Source: Chrysomallon squamiferum (Eukaryota; Animalia; Mollusca). Taken from it: a stretch of 64,000 nt of DNA. Positions 51,587 through 64,000 of the stretch are shown here, one piece after another (within the stretch, counting starts at the first letter, position 1; each line of letters opens with the position of its first letter). Below the pieces are notes generated by a model. The model was not told where the DNA came from. It saw only the letters and a program-made list of their open reading frames with translations, and ran no database searches. The stretch is from NCBI GenBank assembly GCA_012295275.1, contig CM022666.1:4712001-4776000 (forward strand), given 5' to 3'. The translations under genes and the position numbers were made by a program.

Positions 51587-52431
51587 GTAATAATAAAATT
51601 AAATAAATGATAAAAATTAAAGTAAAACAAAATGAATGAATAAAAAAAAACAAATAATAATAAATCAAATTATAAAAAAGTCTCAGAATGACTTCTAAAC
51701 ACTAGCTAACCACCTCATCAAACCCATAAAGTATCATGTAATCTCAGTAATAAAAGAATAGAGAAATAACAAATGAAAATCAAGTCATTTACATGTGATG
51801 TTTTCGTGTCACGTTATGTGATTCACTGCCTTTTCTCACCAGGGTCATAACCAGGGTAAAGTAAGAGAAACGACATTAATGAACCTGCACAAACAGCCTG
51901 TCTGTGTTTACCTGAACTAAACAGTATTGATCTAGCACATCCAAGTAGTAGACGGGCGCGGTGGATCGGGAAATTTAAATCAGTACAGATTAACTGGATT
52001 TCAGGATTACTGGTAGACGGATTAGTGATGGTCAGTGTGTATCAGCAATATGATCGAAATTCGTTCATTAACAACACAATAATCAATTCTAATTCAGATT
52101 TCAGGTATTTTTTTTAAAAAGGTACGAAGTTAAAGTAAAGTCGAATCCTCCTAATAGTTAACTAGAATCAGCATTTTCAGAAAGAAATAATAAATCGTAC
52201 AAAGACGTAAGATCTTTTATTTTATAAAACGAAAATTAAAGAAAAATTGAATTTAAGTTTAAAAAATAAAAATATTATTAAATATTAACTATTCAGTTCC
52301 AGAAAGAAATACTTTAGTTCGTTTGTCAAAAGTAAAAGTTTACAAATTAATTTACTGTCAGAGTATTTTTAAAGTTAAAATTAGCAGGTCACAGAATGTT
52401 TACCGCTGTCTGGTGACCTCATCAAACGATT

Positions 52432-52785
52432 CTTTATCCGACTTTCCAGTGATAACGTGCACAGTTTCGCTTGTCGTTCTACTTTATCTGACTTTCCAGT
52501 GATAACGTGCACAGTTTCGCTTGTCGTTCCAGTATAACTTTTCGCTTGTCGTTCTACTTTATCTGACTTTCCAGTGATAACGTGCACAGTTTCGCTTGTC
52601 ATTCTACTTTATCTGACTTTCCAGTGATAACGTGCACAGTTTCGCTTGTCGTTCTACTTTATCTGACTTTCCAGTGATAACGTGCACAGTTTCGCTTGTC
52701 GTTCTACTTTATCTGACAACTTTTCACTTGACGATGTTTCTCGTTCTACTTTATCTGACAACTTTTCACTTGACGATGTTTCGTT
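52432..52785. repeat. 50-bp minisatellite (5 copies) with derived shorter units at the 3' end
   Basis: actttccagtgataacgtgcacagtttcgcttgtc starts at 52441, 52491, 52566, 52616 and 52666. Confidence 0.9.
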
Positions 52786-53334
52786 AGACGCTAAAATGTA
52801 TATGAGATGAAACCAAAAGAAACGAAAACAGTTTCAGTGATGTTCACGTTGTTAAAAGATTAAGGCGTGTCTTCCTCCTTAAACAGTCGAAACGTGGCCT
52901 GTATAAACAGAACGAAAGAAAGAAAGAAGATACAAAAGAAAAATAAAGACGATGAAAAATCAGAAAATGAAAGAATTTATCCAATCATGACACAAAGTTC
53001 TATAATTTTAAAAGTGAAAGTGCATTTGTCTTAGTTGTGTTTATGTTAGAACTCAGATTATGTTTGTATATATCTGAGTGTGTTTAATAGAATAATAGAA
53101 GTAATATTTTTTCTTAAATTTGTTTAAATTCTAATTTTATTTGATACGAATTGTTTTATGTTCACAGTGGCATCAGATTCTCTGAGATATTATTTACATA
53201 TGTGTATAGAGATTTGCTTCCATAATCTATAAGATATAAATGAAATTTAGTTCTGTTATAACAGGACTTTTCATTGCAATAAAATAAAAATAAAAAAAGA
53301 CATGGATATTAGTAAAATTAAATATTGTTTTTCA

Positions 53335-53708
53335 AAATCACTGGTTCTTACCTGCTGATCGAGTCATATCAAGGGGAGGTAATCCATGCTGCAAAACAGC
53401 GAAAACGTCAAAGCGCAGTGAAGGGAAATTCAGTGACAGCGTTCTGTGTGATATTCGGTTTGATGTTTGTGGTTGATATTTTGTTGTTTGCTCATCGGAT
53501 GGCCAAGACAATCTCGTTCGCTAAGCTTCTCCTGTACGGGTACCTGAGTATGTGGATTATAAGGAAACAGGTAATTAATTATTTGTTTATGGACACTTCA
53601 GTGCATATTATTATTAGTAATTAATGAAAGATATTTAATTTTTTAGTGAAGTTGTAACACATTTATTGTGTATGATTAGGTCAAACATATGTAAAATAAT
53701 GTTTTTAA

Positions 53709-53746
<38 letters not shown>

Positions 53747-55680
53747 ATAATAATAATAATGATGATGATGATGATGATGATGATGATAATAATGATAATA
53801 ACAACAACAACAACAACATTTACAAAGTACTACTACTAATAACAGGTTGACATTTAATTATTTACCTTTTATTTGTTATGTTGTTAAATTACTTTTTATA
53901 TCAGTTATTTTAATAGGTAATTTGATCATCCTCATTATTATTAAATCTAGTACTAATATATTAGTGGTAGTAATTAAACACCCAGTATCATTGTAATACA
54001 AACTATGAATTATCTTGACAGCTGATGATGAAGGTGACGATGACATACTGAGACAGGAAACTGAAAAACCTAAATCTCTGTTTGAAAATATTCGACTAGG
54101 TGTTAAGAAATTCTGTATTCGTATATATGTATATATATATATGTATCAGAGAATGTTAAGGAAGACAACTCTTTCATACTCAAGGACCTTTATCTCAAGA
54201 AAAGCTTGTTGTTGCTATTGTTGTTAATGTAATATCACTATTATTACTATTATTGGTATTGTTGTTGTTATTTATAACTATTGTTATTGTATCATGGTTG
54301 TTGATGAACTTTTTTCGCAGTTAATATTTTGTTTCAGTTTTATTTTTCATCCAGGTAGTCTAAACACTTTTTATCCCAAATGCTGTTGTCTCAGTAGTTG
54401 TGTGTCTCCTTGTTTATGGAACTGTACACGTGTCAGAGGTGGTGCTAACCAAGCAAAGTTTCAAAAGACTGGGTCTCCATCACGATATGGTAAGTGCTAT
54501 CTGTAAGTTTATTTATTTCTTTTAAAATAATTTTCGAAATTAACTGTGATTAATTTTTTAGATGATTTCTTTTTTATCCATATGTAACTGGAAATAAACA
54601 TTGAGTATAGCAAATATCATGTACTCAGTGTATGCTATTATAAAATTGACATCCTATTCTGTAGAATGTATGATATATCTGAATATATATTTCTTTTAAA
54701 TTACAGAACGGATTCATAGACATCCAAGCTTTTTGGTTTATAATGAATAATACAAGCTAATCTGATGTTCCAGTCAAAAAGGTCTGTGAGTTTATTTATT
54801 TATTTTTAAATACTTTTTTTAAGCCATATGTAACTGGAAATGAAACAAAAGTTACAGAATGACGTAATTTCAACATCCCGGATACAGTATTATTCCAGTA
54901 CAGTACATACCATGTAATTTATGTATCCAGGTAGGGATACATTATTAAAGATGAATAGAGTACAGTACTTACCATGTAATTTATGTATCCGGGGATAGAT
55001 AGAAAATGAAAGAATTTAACAAGTCATGACAGAGAGTTTTATCAAATATAATTTTAAAACTGTAAGTGCATTTGTCTTAGTTGTGTTTATGTGAGAACTC
55101 AGATTATACTTGTACATAACTGATTGTGTTCAATATTCTTAAAAACACTAAGAAAAGTAATATGTTTTCTTATATTTGTTTAAATTTTAATTATCTGTTT
55201 TTAATTTACTTAATTTACTGGATCTACATTAGAAGGTAAATTATTTCTGTCTAAGATGGTCTCTTGAATATTAATATTCTTTTAATTTCAGTTGTAAAGA
55301 ATATTTTATTTGTTAGTATGTGATCATTATAGTTACTTTATTGTTATCATTATTAGTTGAACTATTGATTTATTAAATTAATTAATAATATTTTTTGTGT
55401 AAATGTTTATTTAATTTATAGTTGTTGTTATTTAATTACTTATCCTTATTAATTATTAATGAATTAATTATATATATATTCAATTTTTTTCATATATATA
55501 TGAACTAAACTTATTCCATGAAATTAATTCTTTTCTTTTTTTTACTTTCTCTCTTTTCATCTTTTAACAGATCTGGTTTTGTCAGGCTAAGAATAATTTT
55601 TGAAACCAGCGAGGATCAGACAATGAAAGATACATGAAAAGAAATAAATTAAAAAACTTTAAAGTATTACATTCTCATAT
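53335..55680 (+). pseudogene. Pseudogene fragment of an unidentified multi-pass membrane protein (exons about 53335-53570, 54022-about 54113, 54338-54489, 55571-about 55680)
   Basis: Phase-compatible GT-AG exons reconstruct …FCVIFGLMFVVDILLFAHRMAKTISFAKLLLYGY[fs]EYVDYKET/ADDEGDDDILRQETEKPKSLFENIRLGVK…/LFFIQVV*TLFIPNAVVSVVVCLLVYGTVHVSEVVLTKQSFKRLGLHHDM/IWFCQAKNNF*NQR. The sequence contains a frameshift and stops. Confidence 0.6.
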
Positions 55681-57682
55681 GTAAGAACAAAGGTTGTCAT
55701 GGCCATCATCCTATATCATCATTCAGATTTTCACTGTCAACATCATTATTGTGAATTTTACTGTCAACATCATTATTCAGAATTTTACTGTCAAGATCCT
55801 CATTCAAAAATTCAATGTGAACCTCATCGTTGGTAATTTTATTGTCTACATCTTCATCCAGAATGTTATTAACAAAATAATCACTGACTATCCTCATCAT
55901 TCACAAAAGATGGACTCTGCTTCAGGTTTTATTTACTATTATTTTAGGTTTTACTCACATTATACAATGGATGTTCTTATACAATAGATGTTCTATGTAC
56001 AATGGATGTTCTTGTACAATAGATGTTCTATGTACAATGGATGTTCTTGTACACTGGATATTCTTTGTACAATGGATGCTCTAGTACAGTTGATATTCTA
56101 TGTACAATATGTGTTCTTCTGCAGTAGATGTTCTGTATACAGTGACTGTTGTACAGTAGATGTTCAGTGTACAGTGAATGTTCTTGTATGGTTGATTTTC
56201 TATATAAAGTGACTGTTGAAAGTTAAATGTTCATTGATTGGTTTATAATGAATAATACAAGTTAAGTGGATGTTCCTGTTAAAAAGGATTTTCTTTATAC
56301 AGTATGTACTCATGCATTGAAATGATCAGAGTAATAAATGTTTATATAGATGTTAAAATTAAAATGTCATGACAAATTTCCATAATAAACAATCTGTTTA
56401 AAGCATTTTTTGTTTTTTCAGAATAAGAAATGTTTTTACAAGCATTCCATTAATAATTTTATTATCATCATGATCATTAATTTTATTATCACTATCATCA
56501 TCATAATTACCACTACTGCTACTACTATTAGTATTACTAAATAATTAATATTAATAGTATTATTCTTACTACTACTACTACTATTTATATTAGTGCTGCT
56601 GCTGCTACTACTACTGCTATTAAATTTATCATCATCATCTTCATCATCATCATTATTATTGTTTAATGTTGACATTGTTGTTAAATAAGGACTACAGCGA
56701 TACCTCTGGTCACCTGTTCATAATTTTTATTACTTGGATATTTACTTTAAGTGTAGTACAAATGTCTTGTTCTGAATTTGTGATTTTCTTGCTTTCTTTT
56801 GTTTTCTTTTTTTCTTCTTTTTTCTTTTTTTAATATCAAGTAAAATTAATAAGAGCATCTTTCAGCTCAGTTTCAGTTCTACATCATTTAAATATTTATA
56901 CTTTATAGACAGTATGTTAAATATTGCTGTTATATAACAATGTACATATCACATACTTATATAGATACACCTACTTGCACAAATTCTTAAAATAGATCAC
57001 GGTGTGTATATGTGTGTGTGTGTTTGTGTGTGTGTCTGTGTGTGTGTATGTGCACGCATGTAGGTTTATCTAATAGTATGTGACTTGCTTGTATTGTATT
57101 GTTTCTTGTTTGTTGATTTTTTTTTTTTTTTCCAGCTGGTCTTTGCTCTGAATAAGGTCATGCAGTAAGGTAATAAACTGCGTATATTAACTAAATATAC
57201 ATAATAGTATGTACACATGTATAAAATGACTTTGTAGATGTACCACAATTCACGTTTACCTAACTTCATTATTTTTACCCAGTTAGTTGAATAAGTACAA
57301 TTCCAGTCACGTGACAGTACTATTATATATCGGGTAGTATCACTTACCGAACACCTGAACAGAAGTGACGCAGATGAGTAAACACCTACATAACTAGTTA
57401 CACAGTGCGTTCAGTGGTCAGCGACAAAAAACAAAAAGCACAAAACAAAACAAATCTCGGTTCTTTTATGAGAAAGGGACTCGCGTTATTTATCAGCGTG
57501 TTCCCGACCTTGCAACTTGACGTCTGTCGCCAGATCATTCTGACAAACAAGAGTCAGTAACATCTAGCACTCCATAGGTTTTAATTAATTCCGAAAAAAG
57601 TCACAGGAAGAAAGTCACAATTTTTAATTACGAAATATATTAGCAACGAAAGATTAAACACATTTTGTTAATGTTCTTTGGT

Positions 57683-57805
57683 TTTAATGTTGATGGTTTA
57701 GTCTGATGTTCCACTCGATATCACGAAAAATTCTGCCGCAGCATACACGAACCCTTCATAACAGATTTTGATACCACCCTTATTGGTATGAATAACTTCC
57801 ATATT
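57683..57805 (-). mobile_element. FLYWCH-MULE relic, third copy
   Basis: Near-identical to 45323-45445. Confidence 0.5.
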
Positions 57806-58683
57806 AAACATACTTCTGATACTAGAGCAAGCTGGAGAATATATAGTGAAACACATTTTAAGGTAGAACATTTTGTAAATTATTTACAATAGGAAGCTCT
57901 TAGTTTAAATCTATTCTAATCAGTAAGCTGGACCCAAGCATCAACCCTGCACAATATGAAGACTCTTTCTTTAATCCTGCCTAATTAATAAGTGTAACAA
58001 GTCATCACCCCTGCACAGTATGAAACCTCTTTCTTTAATCTAACCTAATTGACCTAACCAGTGAGCTTAACAATTACCCCATGTAGACTATGATGCCACA
58101 TTCAATAAATTATATAAATCCATATATTTTGTTATATAAAAATTGTAACTTCTTTTCCAGCCACTGAATCAACATTTACAAGTAACGTTTACAAGTGGAA
58201 GATTCTTCTGTCACGGACAGATATTTCTGAAACATTTTATATTCCTGGCCCTGTAATAATAAATGGATAACTACACCTATTTATTTCGATTACGTGTAAG
58301 ATGACAAATCCGGGCTGGAACTTTCCACTGTGTGATACACAGACTACATGTTTTCCTTTTGTTGTTTATGGTTTAGTTGACACAGGACTAGAAATTACGC
58401 TGTACTCTTTATTTAACAATAACGACAAAAGCAGCCGCAACAACAACAACAACTACTACTACTACCAGAACTACAACAACAACTGCTACTATTATAGCAA
58501 TAACAACTATAATATGTAGCTTTTTTATGAACAGTACAACATACAAAAGAATACATATAATAACTTTGCTCATGCTATTCATAGTATATTAAATGACTAT
58601 ACGAAATCTTTAGCTAACAATTAAATACGACAGAAGAAAAAACATCAAGCAATAAATTTAAATAAAGCAGACGACATTTCCTC

Positions 58684-58832
58684 TTAGCCAATCAAAAATA
58701 ATCGAGTGAGCTGGTAGAGAATATGATACGATCTTTTCAAAGTTGCTGGTGTAAAAATCAACGAAGCCTGTCAAAGAGCGTAGATGTGTTTCACTCTATT
58801 GTGAACACAGAGGCAGCCTAATTTAGGTATGT
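58684..58832 (+). promoter_or_regulatory. Degenerate homolog of the TNF promoter and first exon upstream of copy 4
   Basis: CCAAT at 58688 and a TAG|GTATGT donor at 58826/7 are present. The kB/CRE block is absent and the TATA box reads TGTAAAA (58750). Confidence 0.45.
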
Positions 58833-59246
58833 AAATGTTTTACTTGTTTCATAGGTTTTATATATTTATAAAAAAGTATAATTTCACTTATTTCATAGGT
58901 TATATATGTTTATATAAAATTATAACATTAGCTATTTTAAAAAACATTTCTTTGAAAGAATTTTATATAAAATTGTGCGTCGATGTGTATATTGTGTGTA
59001 AATTAATCTTGGTAGTATTTATTATTTTATTTATTTATTCAACCATTCTTTAAAAGTTTTATATCTGTGTGTATGCACATGTGCATATTACGTTATTGCT
59101 GAAATAATGTTATATAGAAGTGTATGTATATTGTGTACGTGTGCGTATGTGTGTATTTTATTGTTATTATTTATTACTGATTTTTTCTTTTCTTTTGCTC
59201 ATGTTTTACAGACTACTTCTAAAGGAAATAAAAGTTGTTACATAAA

Positions 59247-59526
59247 ATGGTACCAATTCGTCCAGTCGTTGCCATTTCTCTTATGGTACTAAACTTGATA
59301 CTCATCAGTGTCATTGTATCACTAACATTAAAAGAATTTCTGAACAGAGAAACCAACTATTTGTTTGAGCAGGAACTGTGTGTGAAAATCTCGTGTAAAC
59401 CAGGAGAAAACTGTTTCAACTGCCCAGTCAAACAAGACAGAGCAAACCAGAGAAATTTTATCAGAGGCTTTGTTTGGCGATTCTGTAGATAACGAGAGTA
59501 GGGGGAGTAACTCCGAGTGTGGCAGA
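59247..59526 (+). pseudogene. Truncated TNF-ligand first coding exon fused to a 113-nt Gypsy gag fragment
   Basis: 59247-59415 is homologous to coding exon 1 (MVPIRPVVAISLMV…CKPGENC). 59414-59526 matches 23877-23989 and its duplicate near 26210-26322. The fused ORF stops at 59492. Confidence 0.85.
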
Positions 59527-59670
59527 GTATAGGTGTGTGCATACTGAGACTGTGTACGGGTGCGCGTGTGTGTATTTATCTTGGTATTATTTATTACTAA
59601 TAATATTTTTTTCTTCTTTTCGTCATGTTTTACAGACTACTTCTAAAGGAAATAAAAGTTGTTACACAAA

Positions 59671-61596
59671 ATGGTAACAGTTCGTCCAGTCATTGCCATT
59701 TCTGTTATGATACTAAACTTGATACTCATCAGTGTCATTGTATCTGGAACATTAAACGAATTTCTGAACAGAGAAACCAGCTTGATTTTTGACAAGGAAC
59801 TGTGTGTGAAAATCTCGTGCAAACCAGGAGAAAACTGTTGTGATGACAAATCTACGAACAGAACCAGGAACAGTACCATGTATTGCTGTTACAGAGATGG
59901 AGAAAAAGTGATCAGTGAAATTATGAAAAAGGTAAATTCTAAAAACTTATATTCCATAAATGAACTAACTGAACAAAAAAAAAAAAAATGTTTTCTGTAG
60001 ATATGAAATTAAGAAAGAGGTAAATTCTCTATAAAAATAATAAAAAGTTAAATTCAGTATAAATGAAATAATAATATTTGAATTATGAAAAGGAGAAATT
60101 AATAGTGCTGAAACATATTTATAAATTTAAAACTGATTATTGTGGACTAGTTTCAAATTGGTTATTAACATTCTTTTTAGAAACTGAGTGAAAGTCATAC
60201 AAAAGCTGAGAAAAGTGGTAAGTTAATACAGACATATACACACTCAGACATACATAAAAACACAAAGTCGCAGAAACACAGGCCCACACACAAGAAAAGT
60301 CATAAACACATACATACATAAACAGAGACAGACAAACACCCACAAAAACACCCACATACAAACAGAAACATTCAGGCACACATATTTAAATATCCACAAA
60401 AGTTTTTATAATTATGTATTTGTATGTACGTGCATATTTGTGTACAGTTTACGTATGTGTTTATATACAAGTGTGTATTTATGTGTGTGTGTATGTGTGT
60501 GTTTCAGAACCAAAACTTAAGCACATGAGAGATATCACTGATCTTTTGTGTTTAGATAAATAAATCAATATGTACAAATCTGTGTATGTATTGATGAATC
60601 TATATATTTATACATGTATCTGTAGTCTACGTGTGTCTGTATATATATATATATTTCAGAACAGAATCTTAAACAGATCAGAGAGGTCGCTTACAATCTG
60701 AATAATAAAAACAATGTGAAGACATCGGCTCATCTACAAATGGAAGTGAATGACAAAAGTAAGAAAACAAATAGTAGTAGCAGTGGTAGCAGCAGCAGTA
60801 GTAATAGTAGTAGTTGTAGTAGAGTAGTAGTAATAGTAGTAGTGGAGTAGTAGTAGTAGTAGTAGAGTAGTAGTAATAGTAGCAGAGTAATTGTACTCTG
60901 TTAAAAGAGGTGATTTGATAATAAATGTGGTAGCAGTAAAATAGAAGTAATAGTAGTAGTTTGTCTGGTAAAAGTAGTTGTAGTAGTTATCACATAGTTA
61001 TTAGTAGTGGTTAGGAAATAATAGTAGAAATTGTGATAACATTAGTATTAGCACGATAGTAGTAAAAGTATGAATGATGGTACTGAAGTAAAAAATAGCA
61101 GGAGTTTGTAGTAGTTATAGAAATATATTAGTAATACTAACTACAACTGTTGACAATTTCAAATAAAAATATTATGAAAAAATAATTTATTCTTGCAAAC
61201 TTTTTAGACAGCCCAAAGCCTTTGATCAAGTGGACGTCGTCTGGCAAAAGATCGTTTGTGAAAGGAGGTGTTGCTGTTGTCGCTGACGGAATTCAAGTCA
61301 AAGAAGTTGCTTACTACTTCATATACAGCAACGTTTTATTCCATGCGAACCAAGTCAGAGAGCTAGAATACGCTAGGCTGTGTCACTCAATTGAAAAATA
61401 TCCAAATTATGAAGTTCTCTACAGAAATCCTCAGACAACATGCAAAGTACGAAGATACCAGGAAGGTTTTGTTCCTTCCTACATTGGAGCTGTTTACTAC
61501 CTGAAAGCCAATGACACTGTAGTGGTGAGAACATCAGTTGTGAAGAACATTTTGAGAGATCCTGAGACCACCTACTTTGGCCTGTATATGCTGTAA
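59671..61596 (+). CDS. TNF-superfamily ligand, copy 4 (261 aa; exons 59671-59931, 60181-60217, 60660-60758, 61208-61596)
   Basis: Same structure. Coding exon 3 has an in-frame 9-nt deletion (99 nt), and the frame is open to TAA at 61594-61596. Confidence 0.92.
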
Positions 61597-62131
61597 AACT
61601 GTTTCGAGAGGCCTCATTTATAACTGTTAATATATAATTTGTTTGAGCTGTGATAGAAAGACACTACTCAGGGACTTGAGTACATTTTTGATTACCCGTT
61701 TATAAATTATTTTACTGACGCTTTTTTTTTAGGGTTGTGAATCAGATTTTAGTAAAGAACTTTTATCACCGAAATAAGATCATTTGTTATTGAAGCAGAT
61801 TTAATGATAATCAACATATATGAGTTTATATTTGTATTTGTATTTTTTTAAATAAAGATTTAATTCGATTTAATTCGTTTTTGTTTGTTTTAGGGTTTTA
61901 AATAATGTTGGTATATTTAACATTTTGTAATTATTTTTATAATTCTTTCATTAATAATTAAAAATTGGCTTTAATTTCCTTCAGATCCACATCGTGTCTA
62001 GGTTCACTCCCACCTAGCCTATAACTTAAAACATCTGTCTCCCACATAGTCAAAATGATGTTGGGATACCTGGGGCAAATGTTTTGTTAGTAAAGTGATA
62101 TTAAGGGCTATGGTCCGTTTTCTATATTAAG

Positions 62132-62335
62132 TGAAAATATCCAAATTATGATGTCCTCTACAGAAATCCTCAAACAACATGCAAAGTACGAGGAAACAAG
62201 GAAGGTTTTGTTCCTTCCTACATTGGAGCTGTTTACTACCTGAAAGCCAATGACACTGTAGTGGTGAGAACATCAGTTGTGAACAGAATTTTGAGAGATC
62301 CTGAGACAACCTACTTTGGCTTGTATATGCTTTGA
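62132..62335 (+). pseudogene. Orphan 3' half of a TNF-ligand last exon (fifth THD copy, 5'-truncated)
   Basis: Translates as YPNYDVLYRNPQTTCKVRGNKEGFVPSYIGAVYYLKANDTVVVRTSVVNRILRDPETTYFGLYML*. It is followed by about 1.5 kb homologous to the copy-1 3' flank, and no upstream exon part is present. Confidence 0.88.
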
Positions 62336-63862
62336 GAGGCCTGAATTATAGTTGGCAATTTATAATTTTCTGCGCTGTGAAAAAAAAAAAAAAAATGTAT
62401 GTGTATTTTAAGTGGGTTTTTTTTGTTGGTTTTTTTTTTGGGGGGGGAGGGGCTGTTTCTTTAGATTAATGTTTCTCAGAAGTAACAAATAACATTGCTA
62501 TAGAACTGAGCTTTTAGCCCAGGCTGTAAATAGTTCATCAAAATCAATAGACTAAGCGGACCGGATGGGAACATTGCACATCTTAAAAAAAAAGATCATT
62601 TTTCATTAATCAACCATTTTTACTACAGAAAAACATACGAGTAAGACCTGCTTTGGAGACAGGGAATTTTTTCTCTCTCTTCGGTAAAATGACATTTTCT
62701 ATAAAAAATGTTGGAGTCGTGGTTTATTATTATTACGGATATCAACATGACTGGAATCGCTGCTGGCTTGTACTTTATGAAGAAATTAGGACAAAACACC
62801 CATAAAAATGAATACTTGAAAAACTTGATGTATTCAGTATGAACATCTATGTATTTTCTTTAAATAGCAGACATTCATGACAAATAAATAATTTCAAATA
62901 CTCAAAAATAATAATATCAGTTTCTAATTTATTCATCTGATTTTATGAGATAAATAAATAAATAAGAATGAGCGATCAGTTGACAAAACCACGCAGTTTG
63001 TTCAGGACTGATTTGTATCACTGGAACCCGAGAGTCATGAATAATAACAAGTAATAGATCATTTTGTGTTACTTGCCTCCAATAACAAAGTTACAAAGTA
63101 TTTTTACAACATATACACACAGACACATATACTTACACGTATTTATTATTTAAAACGTCCTTGATACTGTAATAACATTTTTCGGATAACTGCCAGTATT
63201 TTGAATAATAACATATTAACACTATTTTGTTTGCTTGTTTCTAACTGCTTGAAGATTTCATAGACGTAATGAATATTAATTTAGTTCGGGGACTGGGCTT
63301 TCCACCCAAGCTATAAATAGTTGTCAGGTCACTAGGTAAAGTTGTCAACCGAATTACTAATAGACGGATTTAGAAAGTATGAATGCACTATTATTGATAT
63401 ACATAAATACATCTGTTGTTGTTGTTGTTATTGTTGTTGAAAATAAATATAAACACCGATACTTTTTAAATTTTTATTATTATTAATTTTTAGGTCTGTT
63501 CATTAACAAAGCAGTAACTAGGTCACGAACGCCGTTTGCAAGACAGTGCACCCATTCATAACACTGCTTTAAAAATGTGTGTGTATGAGTGTGCTTCTTA
63601 AGATTAAGGTTTCTGAGAAATAATAAATAACATTCTTCTAGAACTGAGCTTTCCATCCAGGCTATAAATTGTACGTCATAATCAGTAATAAATAAAGATT
63701 GTAAAACAACAAGAAAAAAAAAAAAAAAAAAAAAAAGGCAAAAACATAATTAATTAAAACAACGGTTAAAAATAAATAAATAATTAAACAACAAAATTAA
63801 AATTAAAGTAAAACAAAATGTATAAGACTATATGTGTGTGCGTGCGCACAGTATGATAGTAA
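62336..63862 (+). repeat. Duplicate of the TNF copy-1 3' flank (about 3741-5235)
   Basis: Near-identical colinear sequence, e.g. 4095-4500 versus 62737-63155. Confidence 0.9.
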
Positions 63863-64000
63863 GCGACATATTTGACAAAAGTGTCGTTGTTTTGTGTGTG
63901 TTGTTGTTGTCTATATTATTCCAGCTGACCTCTGCTCTGAATAAGGTCATACAGTTAACTGCAAAGATCAATTAAACTGACCTAAAATGTGTATAAAATG

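Noticed and set aside
52432-52785. Possible CRISPR array or iteron set
   Set aside because: Head-to-tail 50-bp units with no unique spacers; an ordinary minisatellite.

Overview
This is AT-rich, microsatellite-laden eukaryotic DNA. The spliced genes, GT-AG introns and transposon content suggest an invertebrate animal, though the species cannot be determined from the sequence. The main feature is a tandem cluster of TNF-superfamily ligand genes on the + strand. Four copies are intact, each with four coding exons: 1743-3740, 39146-41107, 48576-50453 and 59671-61596 (264, 264, 264 and 261 aa). Each encodes an N-terminal hydrophobic anchor, a 6-Cys stalk and a C-terminal TNF homology domain. At least seven broken or partial copies are also present. 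The duplicated blocks carry a putative kB/TATA promoter with a non-coding first exon, exons of a pseudogenised multi-pass membrane protein gene, and a FLYWCH/MULE relic. The 22-38 kb interval is a nested, rearranged transposon graveyard: a Gypsy LTR element with SCAN-like gag and tRNA-Pro PBS, two RNase H-type LINE copies, a hAT/Buster relic, and a young LTR-derived satellite. Short templated fragments have been swapped between these elements and the TNF genes. Most ORFs in the supplied track are microsatellite noise. All exon coordinates were read by hand and no database searches were run.
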